The notes under the pieces were generated by a model. It did no database searches. It was given only the letters and a program-made list of their open reading frames with translations, and was not told where the DNA came from. From Pristiophorus japonicus (Eukaryota), in contig NC_091987.1 in assembly GCF_044704955.1 (NCBI RefSeq), forward strand, positions 188,852,001 through 188,916,000: a stretch of DNA of 64,000 bases. The letters run 5' to 3'. Made by a program: the position numbers and the translations under genes. Of the stretch, positions 13,406 to 26,200 are shown piece by piece (the first letter of the stretch is position 1; every line of letters begins with the position of its first letter).

Positions 13406-14229
13406 TGTTAACATTGGAGCTGCTGAAGACTGTTCACATTGACTATTACAAAGAGTAACAGATTCCTATTTGAAATTCCCTTGCTTTGTCAAACCAGAAT
13501 TTTTCTTACCTAATTTCTCCCCTTTTTGAAAGCATTGCGTCTTTGTCAGAATACTTTATCACGTGCCCACATGGCCATTGCACAAGAGTGAGCACAGACT
13601 GTGGGTGTCAATGGGCTAATTTATCACAGGGAACATTTACAAGAGAGCTCAATCAATTCATCACAACCTAACAATGCTATGCTAAAGTTATGCACAAGGT
13701 GGAGCTGTGGTAGTTGACATAGGGACAGCACCATTAGGCTGCAGGTATACTGTGACTTTGGGCCAATACAAAGCAGTTTTAGATGTGCGTTGATGCCAAT
13801 GTGGTCAGCTCACAATCCGACCCCAGAGTGCAGTAAAGACAAGTGGTGTGAAAGTCTGATCAGATAGCCATCTCGCATGCTTTGAGTTCACACAGACGAC
13901 ATGGTGAGAAGTCACACTTGAAAGGTGCCATACCATCTATCAGATAGTGCAAAAGCATGGTATGGAGTCCTTTTAGGGTTATGAGGAAGTTGATGCTCTC
14001 AACCAGCCTTGATAACATTCAAAACCAGAGGGTGGGGTGGATACATGCATCACACTCCACAGGTACTGGCCTGAAACTGCTCTTTGCAGGATTACTGCAG
14101 TCTTAGTGCTTTCACAAGGGCAGGGGAGTGTCATGTGTGTGTAGCTTAAGCAAGGATAATAATGCACACATGCTTCTGAGCAATTTAATTGATGCAATTT
14201 TAGGAAGTGGCGGGGGCGGGGGCGGGGGC

Positions 14230-14730
14230 ATCATCATAGGCAGTCCCTCGGAATCAAAGAAGACTTGCTTCCACTCCTAAAGTGAGCTCTTTGGTGGCTG
14301 AACAGTCCAACACAGGTGGGACAGACATTCGTCGGGGGAAGGGCTGGGTGGGACTGATTTGCCGCAGTCTCCTTCCACTGCCTGCGCCTGACCTCTTCAC
14401 GCTCACAGCGTTGAGACTCGAAGAGCCTAGGGCGGTCTTCGGCCAGGTTCTCCCAGGTGTCAGTGGTGATGTCGCACTTTATCAGGGAGGCTTTGAGGGT
14501 GTCCTTGTAACGTTTCCGCTGCCCACTTTTGGCTCGGTTGCTATGAAGGAGCTCTGCGTAGAGCAATTGCTTTGGGAGTCTCGTGTCTGGCATGTGAACT
14601 ATGTGGCCTGCCCAGCGAAGCTGATCGAGTGCGGTTAGTGTTTCAATGCTGGGGCTGTTAGCCTGGGCGAGGACACTGATGTTGGTGCGTCTGTCCTCCC
14701 AGAGGATTTGCAGGATCTTGCGGAGACATG
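14230..14730 (-). mobile_element. RTE-clade LINE 3' fragment
   Basis: ORF 14234-14593: MPDTRLPKQLLYAEL..RKRYKDTLKASL..CPTC; (CAT)n tail at 14230-14238. Confidence 0.9.
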
Positions 14731-14732
14731 AG

Positions 14733-15103
14733 TGGTTATGTTACTGGACCAGTAATCCAGAGGCCTGGTCTAATGATCTGGAGACATGAGTTCAAATCCC
14801 ACCACGGCAGCTGGGGAATTTAAATTCAGTTAATTAAATAAACCTGGAATCAAAAGCTAGTACCAGTAATGGTGAAACTCCTGGAATGTGGTTAAAAACC
14901 CATCTGCTTCACTAATGTCCTTTGGGGAAGGAAATCTGCCGCCCTTACCCGGTCTGGCCTACATGTCCCACAGCAATGTAGTTGACTCTTAACAGCCCTC
15001 TCAAACGGCCTAGCAAGGCACTCAGTTGTCTCAAGGGCAATTAGGGATGGGCAATAAATGCTGGCCTTGGCAACGACGTTCACATCCCATGAAGGAATTA
15101 AAA
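14733..15103 (+). mobile_element. tRNA-derived SINE with CR1-type 3' tail
   Basis: B-box GAGTTCAAATCCC at about 14788-14800; 3' end attagggatgggcaataaatgctggcc matches the reverse complement of the LINE end at 16722-16790; further copies on the minus strand. Confidence 0.8.
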
Positions 15104-15189
15104 ATGTGTGCAGGTAGAAAATAACAACTGTGTTTGTGGGACGCACAATAATTTGAAGCAGCACAAACCGTGTTTGTAAAACTTGTGAC

Positions 15190-15600
15190 ACAACCACACT
15201 ACTCTAACTAAAGTGACATTTGAGGTATTTCCAAAGCAACGTTCAGAACTCCAGGCCAGCATCCATGATGCAGAAATTGTCTTGGATACCACGGCAGGAT
15301 TCGGTTCTATTTGAGCCAGGCTCTCAGATCGTATCTTTCTTTACACAGATTCTTGTCTGGTAGAACTTAGCAGAACAGTTACTCAGAAAAAAAAACTTTT
15401 TTCGCTTTCCACGTAACTTCCTCCCTGACTGTGGCAAACGCCATGGCATTTCGCATTTTCTGCCGTCTCGGTGTGAAATGCAGGTCATTTACTGGGCGGA
15501 GCGGCCGCACTGCTGCCGAGCATACACTGAGAAACAAACTTGTAACTGGTTACAGGTCTCCAGTTGAAACAGCTTTAGAAACATTCGGGAACAGTGAAAG
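15190..15600 (+). promoter_or_regulatory. Putative promoter/5'UTR of the IgSF receptor gene
   Basis: AACCACA (RUNX) 15192-15198; TTTCGCTTTCC (IRF-E/ISRE core) 15400-15410; ACTTCCTC (PU.1/Ets) 15416-15423; GGGCGG 15494-15499; locally CpG-rich unique DNA just upstream of the leader ATG. Confidence 0.55.
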
Positions 15601-15649
15601 ATGCAACTCTTGCTGAAACTGCTTTTAATTTTACAGACAGGAGTTCAAG
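15601..15649 (+). CDS. IgSF receptor exon 1: signal peptide MQLLLKLLLILQTGVQ(G)
   Basis: ATG, hydrophobic leader, consensus donor AAG|GTAAGT, phase 1, in frame with exon 2. Confidence 0.85.
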
Positions 15650-16309
15650 GTAAGTTACTCTGAGCGGGAGAGTTGTTCAATAACGTGGCGTTGGGATGTG
15701 GATGTTTACAGGTATTCTATCCCCTTTTAGAACTCTTCGGTTTTTGAATAGTTGAGGAACTGCAGAGTCTAAGCGAGAAAGCCGTGTCATTTGGACACTA
15801 GATTAAGATCACTGTCACGTTGGTTGGGTTAAGTCTCTATATAACTGATATTTAGATGGAGATACTGTTTTGTGTATTATTGATTGTGAATCCTCACACT
15901 GATATAAGGCTCGGATTATTTAAAGTTGTGCAGATCTTGGGTAAAAGTAGATCATTCACTGAACAGTGTTCAAAGTGATGGCAGCTACTTCACAGAACTG
16001 GAAACAAAGATCTCCCATAGATTATTATGGCGACATCCTGATCAGTCTGTGACAGTTTGTGTAGAATAAAACAAATTCAAAACAGTTAAAAAATATTACT
16101 GCAGTACATCAGGTCTCAAACGATCTCATAGTTTAGAATGAAGTCTGAAACAGACAAATATTTTTTTTTAATCTTTAGATTAGATCCAATAGGAAGGATA
16201 TCTCAAATTCAGCACTGTTTAAATTGAGTTTTTGATGTTCCCCATTTATGTTGAAAGAATGACTAAATGGCCCCAAATTGAAAATGACAAACTTATTTTA
16301 TTCCATCAG

Positions 16310-16657
16310 GTATCCCGCTGATTGAGGGGGTGACCCAGCCGCGTCTGGTCAGTGTCCGGAAAGGAGAGTCAATCACAATAAACTGTACATTTATTCAAAA
16401 TGGAAGCGATGGTGACTGGGTCTGGGCATACTGGTACAGGAGTTCTCCAGGGGCGTCTGATATTGTTTTTCAAGATAATTTCCCGACCTGCATTCCTAAC
16501 ATTACTCGGGGTGTTTTGAGGCGCTGTGTTTCATTACTGAAGATTGCAAATGTTTCTTTTCATCACTCTGACAATAATTATACATGCGTGGTGAAGGCAC
16601 CGTCAAGCTACCCACCAGTGGAGAGAAAGGGACAAGGAACACGGATACAGATTTATG
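16310..16657 (+). CDS. IgSF receptor exon 2: VJ-type V-set Ig domain
   Basis: Acceptor ttattttattccatcag; VTQP, B-strand C (INCTF), C-strand W (YWYR), F-strand YTC, J-like KGQGTRIQIY; donor G|GTAAAG; phase 1/1. Confidence 0.93.
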
Positions 16658-16721
16658 GTAAAGTGTTGCATATCTTGTAATAAGTAGAAAGACAGTGGCT
16701 TTTTATAGATCTGCAGGTACG

Positions 16722-17540
16722 TTTTTTTTATTCGTTCATGGTATTTCGGTGTCGCTGGTAAGGCCAGTGTTTATTGCCGGTCCCTAATCACGCCACCTTG
16801 AACCACTGCAGTCCTTGTGGTGAAGGTACTCCCGCAGTGCTGTTAGTTCCAGGATCTTGATCCAGCGATGATGAAGGAACGCGATATGCTTCTAAGTCAG
16901 GATGGTGTGTAACTTGGAGGGGAATTTGCAGGTGATGGTGTTCCCATGCGCCTACTGCACTTGTCCTTCTAGGCGATAGAGGTCGCGGGTTTGGCAGGTT
17001 CTGCCGAAGAAGCCTTGACGAGTTGCTGTAGTGCATCTTGTAGATGGTGCACACTGCAGTCACGGTATGCCAGTGGCGGAGAGAGTGAATGTATAAGGTG
17101 GTGGATGGGGTGCCAATCAAGCGAGCTGTTTTGTCCTGGATGGTGTCGAGCTTCTTGAGTGTTGTTGGAGCTGCATTCATCCAGGCCATCACGCTCTTGA
17201 CTTGTGCCTTGTAGATGGTGGAAAGGCTTTGGGGAGTCAGGAGGTGAGACACTCGCTGCAGAATACCCAGCCTCTGACCTGCTCTTGTTCCCACAGTATT
17301 TATGTGGCTGGTCCAGTTAAGTTTTTGGTCAATGGTGACCCCCTAGAATGTTGATGGTGGGGGATTCAGCAATGGTAATGCTGTTGAATGTCATTGGCGG
17401 CGGTTAGACTCTCGTTTGTTAGAGATAGTCATTGCCTGGCAGTTATGTGGCTCGAATGTTACTTGCCACTTATCAGCCTAAGCTTGAATGTCATCCAGGT
17501 CTTGCTGCATGCAGGTGTGGACTGCTTCATTACCTGAATT
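16722..17540 (-). mobile_element. CR1-clade LINE (second family) 3' portion in intron 2
   Basis: ORF 16788-17294: RAGQRLGILQRVSHLLTPQSLSTIYKAQV..LDTIQDK; tail shared with the SINE at 14733. Confidence 0.85.
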
Positions 17541-17852
17541 ATGGTTGGAATTGCATTTGCACCAAACCATTTATGGGAACATACACTATTAACAAGCACA
17601 CTCAATGTAGAACCAGGTTATTTATGTGAATTGTATTGTTACCTCGAAGAATGCAACAGGTAAATCAGCGCTCATGTTTTGAATGATGTTCTCTGTTGGT
17701 TTGTGATGACTTGCCGTTCAGAGTCAATAGTGAGGTATGAATGCCATCACTGAAGTGACTTTTGTATCTCCTTCACTTTCATTGCCTATTGCAGTTATAC
17801 CACAAGATAATTAGTTTTACAATTTCTTAAAGCACAACTCTTTAAGATTATA

Positions 17853-18445
17853 GGGATTGAAATTCGTTATGACCAGGCAGGCATTAGGCGCTGCCTCAAA
17901 TTCCTAAATTCCGTTTTTACTCCCAAAGATGAGAGAGCAGCGCTAAAAAGTAGCGTTGCACACTCATCCTCAGGCGGGAGCTCAGGAGGCCGACTGAATT
18001 TCCCGACGGGAAGCTGCCGCCATGCTAGAAAAAACACGTGAAGGAAAAAAAATAACTAAAACTTCTCTGATCCATACACACACTTCCCCACTCTTAAAAC
18101 TAAAGAAAATATGCAAAAATAAATAAAGAGAAAAACTTACCTTCCTGGGCGACTCCGCCCAAGATCCACTCTTTTACGACCACTTTTTCCTAGCTGTGCG
18201 GCCGCCTCCTGTTACGGCACCATACAAAGCAAATGTCGCAATAGAGACATCAAAGAGGCATTGTACGCTGGATGATGTCACCTCGCGGGTGGCGTTGGCT
18301 GGCGCAGCGTTACCTCTTGGTGCCAAAGAGGTGACTCAATTTAGGACGAGGCGTCAACGCCACTTACCGTCGAAGGTAGGCCTTTGCCGTCTGTTAGCCG
18401 CCTAGCACCAGTGCTAACGGGGAGCGTTATCTAGCGGATTTCTGT
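17853..18445. mobile_element. Degenerate Harbinger-like MITE
   Basis: Starts GGGATTGAAATTCG; CpG-rich body organised like 7761-8347 (A-rich tract, then ACTTACCT); right TIR decayed. Confidence 0.55.
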
Positions 18446-18493
18446 TTTACTTGTTTACGTTACCCCCATGCTCAGTTACCTTTTTGAGACATT

Positions 18494-20763
18494 GGGCTAG
18501 AAATTGCACTTCGCCCCGATTGGGGGCGGTAATCTCGTCTGGCACGGAAGAACACAAGAACAAAGAACACAAGAAGTAAGAGCAGGAGTAGGCCATAATG
18601 CCCCTTGAGCCTGCTCCGCCATTCAATACGATCATGACTGATCTGATCATGGACTCAGGTCCGCTTCACTGCCCGCTCCCCATAACCCCTTATTCCTTTA
18701 CCGGTTAAGAAACTGCCTATCTCTGTCTCAAATTTATTCAATGACCCAGCTTCCACAGCTCTCTGAGGCAGCGAATTCCACGGATTTACAACCTTCTGAG
18801 AGAAGAAATTCCTCCTCATTTCAGTTTAAAATGGGCGGCCTGTTATTCTAAGATTATGCCCCCGAGTTCTAGTCTCCCCTATCAGTGGAAACATCCTCTC
18901 TGCATCCACCTTGTCAAGCCTCCACACAATCTATACGTTTTGATAAGATCACCTCTCATTTTCTGAATTCCAATGAGTAGAGGCCCAACCTACTCAACCT
19001 TTCCTCATAAGTCAACCCCCTCATCCCCGGAATCAACCAAGTGAACCTTCTCTGAACTGCCTCCAAAGCAAGTATATCCTTTCTTAAATATGGAAACCAA
19101 AACTGTACGCAGTATTCCAGGTGTGGCCTCACCAATAACCTGTATAACTGTAGCAAGACTTCCCTGCTTTTATACTCCATCCCCTTTGCAATAAAGGCCA
19201 AGATTCCATATGCCTCCCTGATCACTTGCTGTACCTGCATACTAACCTTTTGTGTTTCATGCACCAGGACCCCCAGGTCCTGCTGTACTGCAGCACTTTG
19301 TAATATTTCTCCATTTAAATAATAACTTGCTCTTTGATTTTTTTCGGCCAAAGTGCATAACCTCACACTTTCCAACATTATATTCCATCTGCCAAAATTT
19401 TGCCCATTCACTTAGCCTGTCTATATCCTTTTGCAGGTTTTTGTGTCCTCCTCACGCATTGCTTTTCCTCCCATCTTTGTATCGTCAGCAAACTTGGCTA
19501 CCTTACACTCGGTCCCTTCATCAAAGTCATTAATATAGATTGTAAATAGTTGGGATCCCAGCACTGATCCCTGCGGCACCCTACTAGTTACTGATTGCCA
19601 ACCTGAGAATGAACCATTTATCCCGACTCTCTGTTTTCTGTTAGTTAGCCAATCCTCTATCCATGCTAAAATATTAACCCCAACCCGTGAACTTTTATCT
19701 TGTGCAGTAACCTTTTATGTGGCACCTTGTCAGATTCCTTCTGAAAGTCCAAATACACCAAATCCATTGATTCCCCTTTATCCAGCCTGTTCATTACATC
19801 CTCAAACAATTCCAGCAAATTTGTCAAACATGACTTCCCCTTCATAAATCCATGCTGACTCTGCCTGAGTGCATCAATCTTTTCCAAATGTCCTGCTACT
19901 GCTTGTTTAATAGTGGACTCCAACATTTTCCCAACCACAGATGTTAGGCTAACTGGCCTATAGTTTCCTGCTTTTTGTCTGCCTCCTTTTTTAAATAGTG
20001 GTGTTACATTTGCAGTTTTCCAATCTGCTGGGACCTCCCCAGAATCCATGGAATTTTGGTAAATTACAACCAATGCATCCACAATCCCTGCCACTACTTC
20101 TCTTAGGATGCAAGCCATCAGGTCCAGGGGATTTCTGCGCCTTTAGTCCAATTATCTTACTGAGTACCACCTCCTTAGTGATTGTGATCGTGTTAAGTTC
20201 CTCCTCCCACCAAAGCCTCTTGACGATCCACTGTTGGGATATTTTTAGTGTTCTCTACAGTAAAGACTGATACAAAATATTTGTTCAGAGTTTCTGCCAA
20301 CTCCATGTTCCCCATCACTAATTCCCCGGTCTCGACCCCTAAGGAACTAACATTTACTTTAACCACTCTTTTCCTTTTTATATACCTATAGAAACTCACT
20401 ATCTTAATTTATATTTCATGCTAGTTTACTTTCATAGTCTATCTTCCCTTTCTTAATCATTTTTTAGTCATTCTTTGCTGGCTTTTAAAAGCTTCCCCAA
20501 TCTTCTGTCCTCCCACTAGTTTTGACCAATATGTATGCCCTTGTTTTTAATTGGATACCGTCCTTTATTTTTCTTGAGAGTTGTGAAATATCTCCTTAAA
20601 TGTACGCCATTGTTCATCAACCTTCCTTCACTTTAATCCCACTCCCGATGCGGAATTGGGCCGTACGCCCCTCAAAGGAAGCGGAGCGCTGTCTCTGGCA
20701 CTGGCACTGGCACTCTGCCCCAGCGGCACTAACGGGGCTATAAAAAGGGCCAATTTCACTCCC
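18494..20763. mobile_element. Harbinger-like MITE split by a CR1 insertion
   Basis: Left end GGGCTAGAAATTGC, right end CCAATTTCACTCCC; CpG-rich flanks on both sides of the CR1. Confidence 0.55.
18549..20636 (-). mobile_element. CR1 (HER1-like) LINE, 5'-truncated
   Basis: ORFs 18956-19411, 19666-20118 and 20193-20399 carry RT-region motifs; (aagaacac)n tail at 18549-18575; similar to the element at 900-6402. Confidence 0.93.
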
Positions 20764-21579
20764 TTTGTCTCCTAATGCCTTGCAGTTCCACTTAATATTC
20801 TAAATACTTAGAGTTGTTCCATTATATAATCAATAATATCAAATTAATAATCCAATAAAATGGAAAAAAAACCCTGCAACTGTTGAAAACATACAGCAGG
20901 TCAGTTAGCATCTGTAAAGAGAAGAGCTAGTTTAATGTTTTGGTTGGACCCCATGATCAAAACTCAAAACGAAGTCATATAATCAACAGATGATAACTAA
21001 AATGGGCAAAATGTGTGATAAATAGTAGTAAAGAAATTTCAATGAATAAATCCAACAGATTTCAGAAAAATTATTTTCTGAGACTTGCGATGTAAAGAGT
21101 ACAGCTTCAGGTTGAGAGGGTTCATGCCAGGCATCACAGCTGTTGGTAGTGTCTACTTGCATCATAAAATGCTGATCCTGATACAGGACAAGCGGATCAT
21201 TAATGAATAATAACCAAGGGACGCAGTCAAAGTGCTTTATTGTGTCCCATATGCGGAGGTCATGGAATCATGAGAAACTCAGTTGTCCGAGAAAGGAATT
21301 AATTTGAATTGCATTGGCACTAACCTAATGCAGTTGATCAAAATAGCTGTGTTGATGGTAAATGGCAGTTATTCATAGATTTCTATATTTAGGCTAATTA
21401 TTTCCTTTTGAGCTTTGTATCTTGCAATGTACTATTTGGATTATATGTAATTTTCTATTAGTTATCTATTGACTCTCTGAGAAAACATTTTTTTTTGACA
21501 TTACCATATCTGTAGCATATAAACGAGTAGATTTTCCGAGCCCTCGCCAATGGTGAAGGAACTTTCACAACACATATCT

Positions 21580-22045
21580 TAAATCCCACCAAGTTCGTTC
21601 ACCTCTCACCCCTGTGCTTGCTGACCAACATTGGCTCCTGGTTCATCCCCTTGAATTTAAAATTCTCAACCTATTGTTCAAATCCCTCCATGCCTTTGTC
21701 CCTCTCTATCTCTGTAACCTCCTCCAGCCAGACAACACTCAGAGAACTCTGCGTTCTTCCAATTCTGACCTCTTGTGCATCCCCGATTTGCTCTGCCTCA
21801 CCATTGGCCGCCGTGTCTTCAGTTGCCTAGGGTCTGAGCTCTGGAAATTTCTCCCTACAGCTCTCCACCTCGCTCCTCCTGTGAAATGCCTCTTCAAACC
21901 TACCTCTTTGACCAAGCTTTTGGCCACCTGTCTTAATATCCCCTTGTATGGCTCAAAGTCAAATTTTATCTGTTAACGCTCTGTGAAGCACTTTTGGAGG
22001 TTTTGCTACATCAAAGGCGCTTTATTAATGCAAGTTTTTGTTGTT
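21580..22045 (+). mobile_element. L2-clade LINE 3' end
   Basis: ORF 21614: HWLLV..FKILNLLFKSLH..YLCNLL..RTLRSS..GRRVFSCLG..LW; tail ctgtgaagcacttttgg..aaaggcgc..aatgcaagtt. Confidence 0.85.
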
Positions 22046-22974
22046 TTACATCGGAAAATCAGCTTAATGAAATCAATGAATGAAAAATTGCTGGCAGTGG
22101 GCCCACAATGTTTGATTCACAAATGTGGGAGGTGACAAGGACCAAGCGATTTGACTTTGTCGTGTGTAAAAGAATATCACTGATGATGGTACTGAGCGAG
22201 TGGTAATTCCAAATTCAAGCTTTATTTTATTATTTACTTTATGACAATACCATTACACCTCATTCCCAATTGGTGATACCGCACTGTACACATCCATTAC
22301 CAAGAAGGCAACTGCATGACTGGCTCCCAGACTTTGGCCAGTTCATCAGTGAAAATGCCTCTCGAGACTGCATTGCAGCAGTTCCACAATGATTTTCACT
22401 CTAATGTTCTGTAGGGTTTTTGCTTTTCTTGTCCTTACTACAGTTCTTTGACTGGGATTTACAGGAACAAAATATACACGACACAAAGGTTTAGTCTCCA
22501 CCCAAAAGTATTAGTTTATTAAAACTAACAACACACGGACAAAACCCCCTGAGAGATTTGGTTGAAACTGACAACCACCAATTCCTCGGCTGTCTCTGAG
22601 GTTTACTGTCAGCCCGTTCCTTAGTTGCAGCTTGTGTCCCGAAGACTGGCTGGCTTCTGTATCTGTACTGCTGTGCTGTGCTGGGTTCAAAAATGGGTCT
22701 TCTTTATACCAAAAAACAATTTGCAATCTTGGAACCAATTTAACATGATAACCGCATCAAATGTGAACTCTTGATGGCTAATTGTTCCTCATCTGGAGTT
22801 GTTGTTCATGATTACCTTCCCAAGGTGACTTAATGGTTGGTTTTCTGGTAGCATTCATATCCGCATGGCTCAGGGTCCGGTCCATTGTCTGGGCGTACCC
22901 TGCTACCAGCCTTTCAAGAGCCACAGTTCAGAAACAATGTAACCCCTTAAGGCAAATGAATATATGAATGTTCC

Positions 22975-23222
22975 TGTAAAGTCCTGTCCCCTCAGTACAG
23001 ATTCACACGAGGCATGTATTGAAGTCAAGGTCACTCTGGACCTGCACCTTTATTTCACAGCTCTGGAATGCTGCACTTGCCTGAGACCTGTCGTTATATA
23101 CCTGTCTCTTGCAAGTGCACCCCTGGTGGTAAGGTATGCTGGTGGTTACAGGTCATATCTTATTACAGTCATGTATAGCATGTTAGGATACAGTTATATA
23201 TAATAATGTAAGATACATGACA
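22975..23222 (-). repeat. 3' LTR of the Gypsy element
   Basis: TG..CA ends; 7 mismatches in 248 bp versus the 5' LTR by manual count. Confidence 0.97.
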
Positions 23223-23249
23223 TCATCCTCCCCCAACGTCTTATTATCT

Positions 23250-26200
23250 TTATAGGTTCAGTCTCTCAAGTGGTCTACAATCTCGCGTGGAGCGTCTGAG
23301 TTGTGGTTCAGTTGTTTGCCTTGGTGTCTGTTTTTCTTTGGGTGTGGTTGCTGGTATCTTGCCAGGGCTGTCTGTTTCGATTGGTGTGATTGTTGTTGAC
23401 TCGCCTGGGCTGTCTGTTGGGATAGCCCTTTCCTCAGGTTGTTCCTTCTGTCTGTCCACCAGGTGTGGTGCGAGTTCCACATTGTAGTCTGCCTCTGGTT
23501 CCGCAGTGTTGTTGGTAAATCTGCTTTTGACTTGGTCTACATGCCTCCGGCAGGTTTTGCCATTGTCCATTCGGACTACCAGTAGCCTGTTTCCTTCCTT
23601 GTCCATTACTGCCCCTGCAAGCCATTTGGGACCCCTGCCATAGTTTAGTACAAACACTTTGTCCCCTATCTCATTCCATCTCCCCCTCGAATTTCTGTCA
23701 TGGTACTCAGTCAACTTATGGCGCTTTGCCTCAATGATTTCGTGCATGTCTGGGAGGATTAATGAAAGCCTTGTTTTTAAAGTCCTTTTCATCAACAGTT
23801 GCGCAGGGGGGATCTCAGTCCATGAGTGCGGACGAGATCTGTATGCCAGCAGCAGTTGCGACAGGCGACCCTGCAGCATGGGACCTTGGATTTTAAGCAT
23901 GCCTTGTTTAATGATTTGCACTGCTCTCTCTGCCTGGCCATTGGAGGCCGGCTTGAACGGTAACGTCTTGACGTGATTTATGCCGTGGTCAATTATAAAG
24001 TCTTGGAATTCTGCGCTGGTGAAGCACGGACTATTGTCACTGACCAATATGTCAGGGATTCCATGCGTTGCAAACATGGTTGCGAGGCTCTCCACAGTGG
24101 TGGAGGTTGTGCTCGAGTTTAAAATGGTGCATTCGATCCACTTTGAAAATGCATCTACAATTACGAGGAACATTTTGCCCATGAATGGGCCTGCATAGTC
24201 TACGTGCACCTGCGACCACGGTTTGGCAGGCCAGAGCCAGGGGCTCAGTGGAGCCTCCCTGGGGGGCATTGCCGAGTTGGGCACAAATGGTGCACCTTCG
24301 GATGCAGAGCTCCAAGTCCGCGTCAATACCAAGCCACCAGACGTGGGATCTGGCTATGGTCTTCATGAGAATGATCCCCGGGTGCTCGCGGTGGAGCTCC
24401 CGGACAAATGCCTCTCTGCCTCGCAGAGGCATGACTACTCGGCTGCCCCACACCAGGCAGTCTGCTTGTAGTGATAGCTCATGCATGCGCCTGTGAAAGG
24501 GTTTTAATTCCTCAGGGCAGGCATCGCGAGCCTCTGCCCAGTCACCGGTTAGGACACATCTTTTTACTAAGGATAACGTGGGGTCGCTGGCCGTCCAGGC
24601 TCTGATTTGGCGAGCCGTCATGGGCGAACCTGTGGACTCAAAGGCATTGATTGCCATGACTATCTCACAGTCCTGTTTGTCAGACCCTTCCGTGGTCTCC
24701 AGGGGTAGCCTGCTGAGCGCGTCGGCACAGTTGTCTGTGCCTGGTCTGTGCCTTATGGTATAATTGTAGGACGCCAGCATGAGTGCCCACCGTTGAATTC
24801 ACGTCGAGGCGTTGGCGTTTATTGCTTTGCTTTCCGATAGGAGGGACATGAGGGGATTGTTGTCGATTTCTAACGCGAACTTGGCCCCGAAAAGGTATTG
24901 GTGCATCTTTTTGACACCGTACACGCACGCGAGCGCCTCCTTCTCTACCATTCTGTACTCGTGCTCTGCCCGCGAAAGTGACCTGGAGGCATAAGCTATG
25001 GGTTGTAATTTGCCCGCACTATTGACATGTTGCAAAATGCATCCGACCCCATACGCTGACGCATCGCATGTGAAAACTAGCTTTTTACCTGGGTCAAAGA
25101 AAGTCAAAACACTGTTGGAACACAGAAGGTTGCGTGCCTTATTGAAGGCGCGTTCCTGGGTGTCCCCCCAAAACCAATCGCACCCCTTCCTGAGTAGCAC
25201 ATGGAGAGGCTCCAACAGCGTGCTTAAGTTCTGCATAAAGTTCCCAAAGTAATTGAGTAGCCCGAGAAAGGCACGCAGTTCTGAGACATTCCGGGGCCTG
25301 GGTGCCAGGCGAATTGCTTCTGTTTTGGACTCTGTTGGGCGGATTCCATCGGCGGCAATCCTTCTGCCCAAAAATTCAACCTCGGGTGCGAGAAACAGGC
25401 AGTTGGATTTCTTGACTCATAGGCCTACCCGATCCAACCGCTTTAGTACTTCCTCCAAATTACGGAGGTGGGAGTCGGTGTCCCTGCCCGTGATAAGTAT
25501 GTTGTCTTGAAATACAACTGTCCCCGGGATGAACTTGAGCAGACTCTCCATGTTGCGCTGGAATATGGCAGCTGCCGACCTGATGCCGAATGGGCATCGA
25601 TTGTACATGAAAAGGCCTTGATTTGTTGATGGTGGTGAGTAGCTTGGATTCCTCGGTCAATTCTTGCATCATATACGCAGATGTGAGGTCTAATTTTGAG
25701 AATAGTTTACCTCCAGCCAATGTGGAAAATAAGTCCTCCGCACTGGGCAGCGGGTACTGATCCTGTAGGGAGACTCTGTTTATGGTAGATTTGTAGTCCC
25801 CACAGATTCGTACGGATCCATCAGGCTTCATGACTGGGACGATGGGACTTGCCCAGTCGCTAAATTCCACAGGTGATATAATGCCTTCCCGCAGAAGCCT
25901 GTCTAGTTCGTGTTCAATCTTTTCCCTCATCACATAGGTTACAGCTCTGGCCTTGTGATGGACCGGTCTAGCATCCTGTGTGATGTAGATTTTGACTTTG
26001 ACCCCTTTGAAAGTGCCCACACCTGGCTGAAAGAGATGTTCAAATCGCTTTATAACTGTTGAGCAGGAGGTCCGTTCCTCTAATGACATGGCATGGACAT
26101 CATCCCATTTCCAGTTTAGTTTTGCCAGCCAGCTTCTCCTCAGCAGTGCTGGGGTGTCTCCGGGGACAATCCACAGGGGAAGTCGGTTCACTGTCCCTTT

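Noticed and set aside
14733-14810. tRNA genes (also about 46580-46647)
   Set aside because: SINE heads with a B-box but no convincing cloverleaf, continuing into SINE bodies.
16310-16720. Rearranging Ig/TCR V gene segment
   Set aside because: The J-like strand is in the same exon and is followed by a splice donor; no CACAGTG/ACAAAAACC RSS nearby. Scattered CACAGTG heptamers (e.g. about 31041, 45275) lack spaced nonamers.
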